This document shows, in pieces, positions 8,816 through 19,100 of a stretch of 64,000 nucleotides of DNA. The stretch is taken from contig JBEBGD010000018.1 in assembly GCA_040081625.1 (NCBI GenBank), positions 1 through 64,000 on the forward strand, given 5' to 3'. Source of the stretch: Chthoniobacteraceae bacterium (lineage in GTDB: Bacteria; Verrucomicrobiota; Verrucomicrobiia; Chthoniobacterales; Chthoniobacteraceae). A model generated the notes under the pieces. That model saw only the letters and a program-made list of their open reading frames with translations. It did no database searches and was not told the DNA's origin. The translations under genes were made by a program, and so were the position numbers. Each line of letters opens with the position of its first letter. Positions within the stretch are counted from its first letter, which is position 1.

Positions 8816-9715
8816 ATGGACAAAGACCTGTCCAAAATCACCGACGCCATTCTCCACAGCTACAAAAGCTGCGGCGGGATCAACCATGTCGATGGCGCAA
8901 ACCTCCCGTCCAAGCGCGCGCTCGCCACTATCGCCGAAGACCTGCTCCAACTCTTGTTTCCCGGCTTTCATGACCAGGAGCCGATCCGCTCCGTTCATCT
9001 GCCGCGCGTCACGAGCTACCGCGTCACCGCGATCGCCGACCACCTGCGCGTCGAGATCGCGAAGAGCCTGCGCCTGCGCGAGCCCGGCTGCCCGGAGGCG
9101 AAGGCCGAGCGCGTGCTCTTCGATTTCCTCGACCGACTCCCCGCCGTGCGCGCGCTGCTCACCACCGACGTGCAGGCCGCGTTCGAGGGCGACCCCGCGG
9201 CGACGACCACCGACGAGATCATCCTCGCCTACCCGTATCTTGAAGCCGTCGCGATCCAGCGCGCGGCGCATGTGCTCTACGACCTGTGCGTGCCGCTCGT
9301 GCCGCGCATCCTCACCGAGTGGGCGCACTCGCGCACCGGCATCGACATCCATCCCGGCGCAAAGATCGGCGCGCACTTTTTCATCGACCACGGCACCGGC
9401 GTCGTCATCGGCGAGACGAGCGACATCGGCGAGCACGTGAAGCTTTACCAAGGCGTGGCCTTGATCGCGCGCTCGCTCGCCGGCGGCCAGGCGCTGCGCG
9501 GCGTGAAGCGCCATCCGACCATCGAAGATCGCGTCACGATCTACTCCGGCACCACGGTCATGGGCGGCGACACCGTCATCGGCGCGGGCTCGACCATCGG
9601 CGCAAACATCTTCGTCACCCACAGCATCCCGCCGCGCTCGCTCGTCGTTTATGAGGAGAAGCAGCTCACGGTTCTCAGCAAGGACAAGCGCGTCGTGGAC
9701 GACTGGATGATATGA
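8816..9715 (+). CDS. cysE: Serine O-acetyltransferase (CysE/EpsC type)
   Basis: AAFEGDPAA, TGIDIHPGAKIG, FFIDHGTGVVIGET, LYQGV and KRHPTIED hexapeptide acetyltransferase motifs. Confidence 0.9.
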   Translation: MDKDLSKITDAILHSYKSCGGINHVDGANLPSKRALATIAEDLLQLLFPGFHDQEPIRSVHLPRVTSYRVTAIADHLRVEIAKSLRLREPGCPEAKAERVLFDFLDRLPAVRALLTTDVQAAFEGDPAATTTDEIILAYPYLEAVAIQRAAHVLYDLCVPLVPRILTEWAHSRTGIDIHPGAKIGAHFFIDHGTGVVIGETSDIGEHVKLYQGVALIARSLAGGQALRGVKRHPTIEDRVTIYSGTTVMGGDTVIGAGSTIGANIFVTHSIPPRSLVVYEEKQLTVLSKDKRVVDDWMI

Positions 9716-10122
9716 GCGAGACGGTCGAAGCCCCGCCCCCCTTGCTCGCGCCCCGCGCCGCCGCGTGGTTCGGCGCGCTGCTGCTGGCGGTCGTCACCGT
9801 CGTCGTCGCGTTCACGATCCTCGATCATCCGAAGGCCGCGACGCTCGAAAGCTTCTCGCAGACCAGCGCCGTCGGCGATGTCGAGTTCTACGTGCCGCCC
9901 GATCCGCCGCTCGCCGTGCCCGAGCCGGTGCTCACATGGCAGGGCCGCGCATGGGCGCCCGCGAACTACGACAAGGCGAAGATCGACGACCCGGAAATGC
10001 AGCGTGTGGCGATCGATGAAGCCAGCGGCCTCACGATCTACCAGCCGCTCGCGAAAGGCGCGGCAGGCGGCCACTTCATCAAGATCGCCATCGGCGAATA
10101 CCTGCGCATCGAGCCGCGCTAG
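9712..10122 (+). CDS. Hypothetical single-pass membrane protein
   Basis: ATGA overlap with cysE; one N-terminal hydrophobic helix. Confidence 0.7.
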   Translation: MSETVEAPPPLLAPRAAAWFGALLLAVVTVVVAFTILDHPKAATLESFSQTSAVGDVEFYVPPDPPLAVPEPVLTWQGRAWAPANYDKAKIDDPEMQRVAIDEASGLTIYQPLAKGAAGGHFIKIAIGEYLRIEPR

Positions 10123-10148
10123 GCGATCAGCCTTCGGGCTTCGGGAGG

Positions 10149-13100
10149 ATGCCGCTTCACATTCCGCGCCGGCCCTGCCATGCCTCGCGCGCCATGCGTG
10201 GCATCCCCTCGATCAAATTCTCTCCTTCGACGAAGGCCGGACGCCGCGCGGATCCGCTCGCCGCCAGTATCGCCGCGCTACTTCTCCTCACCGCCCCCGC
10301 CGCCCCCGCGCAGACCTACACGCTCTCCGGCAGCGAGACGTTCACCGATCCCGTGGCGTGGAATTTCGGCGCCGGGCCGGTGCCGGCTTCGGATGCGGCA
10401 CTGGCGCTCACGTTCCAGAGTTTCGGCACGGGGGCGATCACGGCGACGAATGACCTGAACCTCACGCTCAACAGGCTCGATCTCGCCACGTTCGGCACGG
10501 GCTCGATCACGCTCGGCGCCTCTCTCGGTGGGAACTACGCTTTCACCGGCGTCGGAAGCATCAATCTGCTCGGCTCCGGCACCGCGACCACGCTCTCCGC
10601 TCCGGTTGTGCTGGCTCAGGGATTGTCGTCGCTGACTTTCGACGGCGCTGGGACAAGCGGCCTCGCGATCAGTGGCGTCGTCTCATCGAACACAAACGCG
10701 GGAGCGCCGCTCGTCATCGCGACGGATGCGGGAAATGCAGGCATGGGAATCGTGACGCTCTCCGGCGCGAATACCTTCGCCGGAGACGTGGTGCTGAACT
10801 CCGGCACACTCTCGCTGGGGAATGCGAGGGCGCTCGGCGCGCGCACGAACACGCTCATGGTGAACGGCGGCAACCTGCGCACGAGCACAGGCGGCGTCAC
10901 GATCGCGAACAACGTCGTCCTCAACGCCGCGCTCATCTACAACAGCGCCAACAACGTCGTCCTCGCCGGCGTGCTCAGCGGCAGTGGCGGACTGACGTGC
11001 AGCGCGAGCAACGCCGCCGCCGGCGTCATCAATATTCGCGGCATCAATACCTACACGGGTGCCACCGTCGTGCGCGGGCCGGACTACGCGGCGGCACCGC
11101 TGGATGGCACGGGTGCGATCAATGTCGGCGGCGCGATTGGCTCGATTCTGAATACGTCGCGCATCGACGTGAGCGCGGGCGCCCGGTTGACGCTGGCATT
11201 CAGCAGTGGCCACTCCGCCTCGAATGCGCGCGTCTCCACGAGCACTGAGATCACGTTTGCGGGCGGCTTTCTCGACGTGCTCGGCCACGCGGGCGTGGTG
11301 AGGCAGAGCCTCGGCGTCGTGAACGCGGGCGGACTCACGACCTTCCTCGCCGATACCAATGGCGGCGCGGCCACGCCGCTGGCGGGCGCGGCCACGGAAG
11401 TCACCATCGCCGATCTGCGCCGCGGAACGGGGACGACGGTCAGCTTCAGCGGCCCGGGCCTCGGTGGAGCGGCAGTCGCAGCGGGCCTCGCGACGGCGCG
11501 GGGCAACGTATTGCTCACGCAAATCAATGGTGCCGCACCGGACGCAGCGCTCGTCGGCGGAAATGGAGCGGCGGGAACGACGACAATCAGCCTCCTCCCG
11601 TGGGCGCTGGGCGACACGTCGAACGCCGCGCGAAATTACGCCGCGGGCTCCGGCTTCGTGACTGTCGGCGCGAACGGCGTGCGGCTGCTCGATGCGGCGA
11701 CGGAATACAACGTCGGCAACGACTTCACCGCGATGAGCGCGGCGGAAAATGTGCGCGTGACCGGCGTGATCACGAGCCACACCGCGCCGGCGACGGTGAA
11801 CTCGCTCTACTTCGCCAGCGCGGGCCAGACGCTCTCGGGCGGGGCGAATGCGCTCACGATCACGAGCGGCGCGCTTGCGTCGAATGTCGCGACAGCGACG
11901 ATCTCGAACCCGGTGCTCTTCGGCGTGGGCGGCGCAGGCGAGGCGGTCGTCAGCGTCGTGGATGTGCTCGCGGGAACGACGAACAGCCTCACGCTCGCCG
12001 GCGGCTTCACTGCGGCGTCGTTCACGAAATCCGGCCACGGCGATCTCATCATCTCGACCGTCGATCCGATGATGAACGGCGCGATCACGATCAATGGAGG
12101 CGAGATCGTCGTGGACGCGGTGAGCCGGCTCGGTTCGCCCACGAGCATCACCGTCAATGGACAGTCCCAAGTCGCGCAGCGCGCGGGATTGAACTTCACG
12201 CACAGCGGCGCGGCGGTGCTCGCGGCGCCAATCACGACCAGCGGCGGCGCGGCGTCTATCAACCTCGCCACCTCCCTCGCCACGCTGGACCTGTCGTCGG
12301 ATATCAGCGGCGCGGGCGGCGTGAATCTGACCGGAGTGTCGGGCACGACGATTAACCTGCTCGGCAACAACAGCTATTCCGGCGGCACCTTCATCGGGAC
12401 GGCGGGCAACTTCGTCACCGTGCAAATCGATGGCGACTCGCGGCTGGGCAGCACGACCGATCCGAACGCGAGCTTTGTGAATCTCGGCGGCGGCACTCTC
12501 CGGCTTCTCGGCCCGTGGACGAGCGCGCGCGCCGTGAACATCAGCGCCGCGAGCACGCTCAATCCATTCTCGGCGAACGCCACGCTTTCGGGGCCGATCA
12601 CGGGCATCGGCAGTCTCTCGAAAGTTGGCAACGGCACGCTCACCTTCACCGGCCCCGACTCCAGCTACAGCGGCACCATCACGACGACGGCCGGCACGCT
12701 CGCGTTGTCGGGCGCGGGGCAGTTGAATTCCGCGTCGGTGACGCTGGGCACGAGCGGCCTCCTCAACACACTGATCTTCGATCTCAGTGCCGTCGCGGAC
12801 ACCGACGCGACGGACGGCAGCAGCACGCCGTGGCGCGCGATCAACGCGCTGAACACTGCGGCGGGATACACCTCGGCGCACACGGTGCAGCTCGGCGCGA
12901 GCGCGGGCGCGCCGGTGGATTTGCGCGTGGGCGCGAACACGAGTTTCGGCGGCGCGAGTGGCGTGATCGCGGGATTCGGCAAGCTGGTGAAAACGGGCAC
13001 CGGCACGTTCACGCTCGATGGCAGCAGCGCGAACACATTCACCGGTGGCGTAGAGATCTGGGGCGGCATGCTTATTTTCGGAGCGGACAATCAACTCGGG

Positions 13101-16100
13101 AGCCCTGGCAATCCAATCACGATTCGCGGCGGCATTATCAGCTTGTCTGGGGTGAACCCTGCCGTGACGACCAACCGCACGATAACGCTCGGGGCGACAC
13201 CGAAGCCGCTGATCAGCGGTTCCGTAGCGCAAACGCTGGTGAATGGCTTCTTCCTCGACAGCGGGGGCACGTTCACTCTGGGTGCAAACGTCGGTGGCGC
13301 TGGCGGATTCAACAAGACCGGCAACGCAACGCTGGTCTTTGGTGCGAGCAGCAACAGCTACGCAGGCGACACGCAAATCACCCAGGGGTTGATTCTCTTC
13401 AACAACGACGCGCAGTTCGGCGCGCCGGGCGGACGCATCCGATTCAACGGCGGCGCACTCATGATAAACGAGGTCATTGGCAGCCCCACCATCTACGTTT
13501 TGGACCGCCCGTTGTTGTTCACGGAAATTGGAAGCGTGAGCGCCTTCAGGGCCGATGCCACTCTGCGACTCACCGGACCGCTGATCGGGTCATACAACTT
13601 TGGCGTGAGTGGCGCCGGCCAGATCACCATCGCCGGGGACAGCACTTCGTTCTTTGGGGCCGTCTCGATTACCGGTCGCACAAGTCTCGAGAGCACCGGC
13701 CAAATCCGGCGTGGCCAGCTCAATCTCGTTTCCGGCGCGAGTTTTGACATGAGTGGGCTGGCGCGGGAGTTCTCCGAGTTGATCCTCAATGGCGGCACGA
13801 CGATCAGACTCGGCTTGGGCGGAAGGTTGATCACCGGCTTCAACAATGCGGGCATGACCTGGTTGGGAAGCATCACTGGCGACGGGGCGGCATCCGTCAC
13901 GAAGGTCGGCACCGGCACGGTCGCGCTCATCGGCGGCGCGATCACGTTCGGCGGCGGCTTCCATCTGCTCTCCGGCTCGGGCAGCACGACGCTTTCATCC
14001 AATGGCGCGCTGCCGTTGCAGAACGCGCTCACCATCGGCGCGTGGGGAAACAACGCGAACCGTGGCCCGGCGCTGTTGCTCGACAACACGGCCACCAACC
14101 TTGGCGCCCGCATCGACGACGCGCAGCTCATCCACTCCAACGCCGGCGAGATTCAATTCACCACGAACGCCACCACCGCGACGAGCGAGTCGCTAGGCTC
14201 GCTCCGCGGCGCGGGGATGACGACGATCACGATGACCGCGGGTGGCGCGCTCAATTTCACCGACGCGGCGAACGGGCTGACGCGCGTGAACCGCGGGACG
14301 TTCCTTTTCAACACACCCAACCTTGCGTTCGGCACCGGCGCGGCCACGACCACCACATCGAATGTCGTCTTCGGCAACTTGCCGGGCGCGGACCTCGTGG
14401 GGGGCGGCGGCCCGATCAACACCACGACCGCCAGCATCTTGCCGTATGCCGTCGGCACTGAGCCGGGGAACGGACCCAAGTTCGTGACCTACGATGTGAA
14501 CGGCGTGCGGTATCTCAACGTGTGGCGATCGGGCCTCTCCGGCGCAGGGCCGACCGAGAATGTCATCTTCAGCGAAACCACCTTCACCGTCGCGACCCTG
14601 ACCGGCGGGACAGACCAGACGGTGAACTCGCTCACGATCACCGGCCCGACGATGACGCGCGTCGAGAGCAGCACCACGGAACGGCTGATCCTCGGCAGCG
14701 GGGCGCTGCTCAACGCGTTCGTCAGCAACGTGTTCACAACCACGGCGGGCGGTGCGGTGGGGCTGCCGCTTGGAATTCAGGTCGCTGAACTTCAGACCGG
14801 CAGCGCCAACACACGAGAGCTGAACGTCTTCACCGTCAGCGGAAGTCTCGCCATCGGGGCGCGAGTCACAACGAGCGGCGGGCTCACGAAATCCGGCGCG
14901 AACGAGCTGTTCCTGACGAACTCGGCGAACAGCTACACCGGGCCGACGACGATCAATGCGGGCAACCTCGTCGTGAACAACCTCTCCGCGCTCGGCGGCA
15001 GCGCGATGCTCCAACTTGGCGGCGGCTTTTTGAAATATCGCGGCGGCGATGCGACGCTCGCGCAGAGCGTGGTCGCGGCGGGCGGCGATGCGGCGAATCC
15101 GAACGGCGGCAGCGCGGGCTTCCACATCGTCAGCGGCACGACGCTCACGATTCCGGGCGGCGGCGTGAGCGGCTTCGGCGGCATTTTGAAGGACGGGACC
15201 GGCGTGCTGAAACTCCCCGGCTCGAACCCGCACACCGGCGCGACGATCATCGCCGGCGGCGCGCTGGCGATCGGAAATCCCGCCGCGCTCGGGAGCAACG
15301 CGCGCATCATCTTCGCCGACTCCGCGATCAGCGCGAGCGGCGGATACACGCTGCGCTTCGACGCGCCGATGACGCTCGCGCAGGAGTTCATCACGAACAC
15401 CGCGCAGGCCACGGTCGGCTTCGGCTTCGACACGAATGGCAACGACGTGACGCTCAGCGGCACGCTGCTGAGCACGACGAGCACGCGCGGGCTTTACAAG
15501 TTCGGCGCGGGCGAGCTGAACCTCACGGCGACGGAGATGTTCACGGGCGCGACGCAGATTTTCGGCGGCTCGCTACGGCTCAGCGGCGCGAATGGGAGCA
15601 TCCTCAACAGCACGGGCACCGGCGGGTTCGTGACGTCGCGCACCGTCTTCATGGCGCCCGGCACCGCGCTGGTGCTCGACAACGCGGCGGCAAACAACAA
15701 CAACCGGCTGCCCGATGTGTGGGACACGCCGTTCGGCACGGGCAATGGGAACAGCGGCTCGCTCGGGCTGTTCGGCGCGGAGTTCAAAATCATCGGCAAC
15801 CCGGGTGGCACGAGCGAGCGCGTGAACCAGGTGGAGGTGGACTTCGCGACAATCACGTTGAGCGGTGGCGGCACCACGCTGATCAGCGGGAAGGTCAATC
15901 GCGTGGGCAGCTACTCCGGGGGGCTCATCCGCGGCACGAATCTCGGCGGCACGCCCGGCGCATCGAGCGCGAACTGGTTCGTGACCGATCTCGGCGGCGG
16001 CGGCGTGCAGCTCGGCGGCGCGGGCGGCGCGAAGGGCACGCCGTTCGTGAACGTCTTCACCGGCTTCATCGGCGATGTGTCCGCGACGGGCAGTGGCACG

Positions 16101-19100
16101 GACTTCGTGACCTATGCGGCGGACACGGGCTTTCGCCCGCTCGCCGCGGGTGAATACGCCGGCACGATCCCGGCGGAAAACTTCGATCTCAACCGCGCGC
16201 CGAACGTGGCGCTGAGCGGCGGCGCGATGGTGAATCAAACCACGGCGATCACCGCGCTGAAGCTCGGCGCGGGCGCGGGCGTGAGCGGCGGCGGGACGCT
16301 GCTGCTCGCGCAAGGCACCGTGCTCGCGACGGGCGATGCAACGATCGAAGTGCCGAGCCTCAGCACGCGAATCGGCGGTGGGAGTGACAGCCTCATTTTT
16401 CACACGTCCGGCGCGACCACGACACTCGCGGTGAGCAGCGTGCTGCCCGGCGGCGCGAGTCTCGCGCTGATGAAGTATGGCGACGGCACGCTCGCCTTCA
16501 GCGGACGGCAGACGGGCGCGGGCTTCGTGCAGGTCGCGCAAGGCACGCTGCGGCTGAGCGGCGCGGGCGCGTCGCTGAATCCGCTCGGCGCGGGGCTGAA
16601 CGTGCTGCCCGGCGCGACGTTCGATCTCGGCGGAAGCGATCGCGTCATCGCTGCGCTGGACAGCTTCAGCATCGGCATCAGCCAGCCGACGAGCGGCGGC
16701 GTGTCGCTCGGCGCGAAGCGACTCACGATCTACGGCGCCGGCGCGACTTCGTGGAGCGGCGCCGTGAGCGGTGCGGGCGGATTGACGAAGGCGTTCAACT
16801 CCACCGGCACGAGCACCTTTCTCGAACCGCAGAGCTACACCGGCAGCACGGTCATCCGTGCCGGCACGCTGCAATTGAGCGGCGCGGGCACGCTCGCCAG
16901 CAGCGCGGTGGAAATCCGCGGCGGCACGCTCGCGTTCAACAATGCCGACGAACTCGCCGCAGCGGGTGGCCACATCGCGAATCGCATTGGCACGGGCACG
17001 CCGGTCACGGTCGCGGGCGGTGCGATGACGTTCACGGAGAATGCAAACACGCCGGGCAATCACGCACTCGGCGCCGTCACGCTCGCCGGCGGCGCAACGC
17101 TCACCGTGACGAACGGCAGCGCCGCGCCGAGCACGGTGACGATCGCGAATCTGACGCGCGCACCGGGCGGGATCCTGACGGTGAACGCGACCAATTTCGG
17201 CCTCGTGCAATCGCCGACCGGAAACGCGCGGGTGTTCCTCTCGCAGGTCGAAGGCGCGGCTCCCGCGTCGGCGCTCATCGGCGGCGGCGGCGCGCCCGGC
17301 ACCACGAACCAAAGCATCCTGCCGTGGGCGTGGACGATCACCGGCGGCAGCGCGCTCACCTACGGTGCGAACGGATTGCGCCCGCTCGCGTCGGGGGAGT
17401 TTCAGACAAACCTCAACACGGCGACCGCGGATGCGAATGTGCTGGTCAATAGCACGCAAACGCTCGGCGCCGCGCGCACGGTGAACTCGCTGCTTTGCAA
17501 TGGAGTGAGTGTCACCGGCGCGTTCGATCTCACGCTCGGCAGCGGACTGCTCGCGACGGGCACGGGCACGATCGGCGCGACGAGCAATTCGCTACTCACC
17601 GGTGCGGGGAACACGCGCGAGCTGATCTTGAACATCCAGGGCACCATGACGCTGAACTACCAGCTCACGACCAGCGGCGGCGTGACGAAGTTCGGCACGG
17701 GCCAGCTCACGCTCGGCGCGACGAATGCATTTACGGGAGGGCTGAACATCGACGAGGGCACCGTGGTCTTCAGCACCGATGCACGCCTCGGCGCGGCGGG
17801 CGGCGCGATCCGGTTTGGAGGGACTGCAACCAGTGGCAAGCTCGCCATCGCCGGCAGCGGCCCCGTGATTTTCGATCGACCGATCGAAACCGCCAGCTTC
17901 GGCACGCTCTCGGGCGGCAGCGGAAGGCGGTGGCAGCTCAATCGACCGATCAGCGGCGCTGGCGGCATCGGCTTTGCCATCACCGGCACCCTCTTCGAAC
18001 TCAACGCCGTGAATACCTATGCCGGCCCGACGAACTGGACCGGCGGGCATCTTCACATCAACGGCGATTCGGCGTTTGGAGACGGCGGCGAGCTGATCTG
18101 CGACACCGTCGGGCAATTTATCGTCCTGCACGGCGACTGGAGCACCAGCCGGCTCATCCAGATGAATCTCGGCGGTGCGATCCAGACGAACGGCTTCGAC
18201 ACGACGTGGAGCGGGCAGCTCATCGGCGCCGGCTCGCTGACCAAGACCGGCGCCGGCACGCTCACCCTCGCCGAGGCGATGCCGTGGTCGGGGCAGTTGA
18301 ATCTCTCCGCCGGCACCGTGCGGCTCGCGGATCGCGGATCGTTCGCCGCCGGTTCCGCATCGCGCATCGTGTCCGCCGGCGCCACGCTCGCGCTCGACGG
18401 CAGCGGCGCGCACTATTCCGATCGCCTCGCCGACAACGCGGGCAGCGTGACGCTGAACGGCGGTGAATTCATCCTGCGAGGCAACAACGGCACGACGACC
18501 GAGGAGGTGTTCAACAACCTCGGCCTCGGAGTCGGCGCGAGCACCGTCACCGTCGTCGCGGGCCCGGCCCGCGCGGCGATCGTGCGGCTCGCGGGCACGC
18601 CGACCAATGCGGGCGGCGCGGCGAGCCTCTGGCGCGGCACGAACCTCGGAGTGAACGCGCCCGGCACGGCGGAGAGCGCGAACGTGATCTTCACCGCGAC
18701 CAACACCGCCACCTTCCCGCTAACCGGCGGCGGCGCGCCGGCGGATCATCCTTCGTTGAGCATCATCAAGGGCGGATTCGGCGATGCGAGCGCGACCGGT
18801 CTCGGCACGCAGTTCGTGACGTATGATGCCGACAAAGGCGTGCGCCTGCTCAACGCGAACACCGAATTCACCGCGACCCTCGTCGATGGCAGCGTCGTGA
18901 CCGACAATGTGAAAGCCGACAGCGGCACGCTGCTCGTCGCGAGCGCCACGCAGGCGAATGCGCTGTGGCTCAAGGACGGCGGCAGCGTCAGCGGCGGCGG
19001 CACGCTCACGCTCGCGACGGGCAACCTGCTCGTGACCGGCGTGGGCAATCTCGTGGCGACTCCCATCACCACCGGCGCGCCCACCACGCTGGCCATCGGC

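Noticed and set aside
8816..9715. Functional link between cysE and the putative selenoprotein
   Set aside because: Separated by three unrelated genes and on the opposite strand; proximity alone is not evidence.
10129..10140. AGCC-TTCG-GGCT tetraloop hairpin as a terminator
   Set aside because: Only a 4-bp stem and no U-tract.
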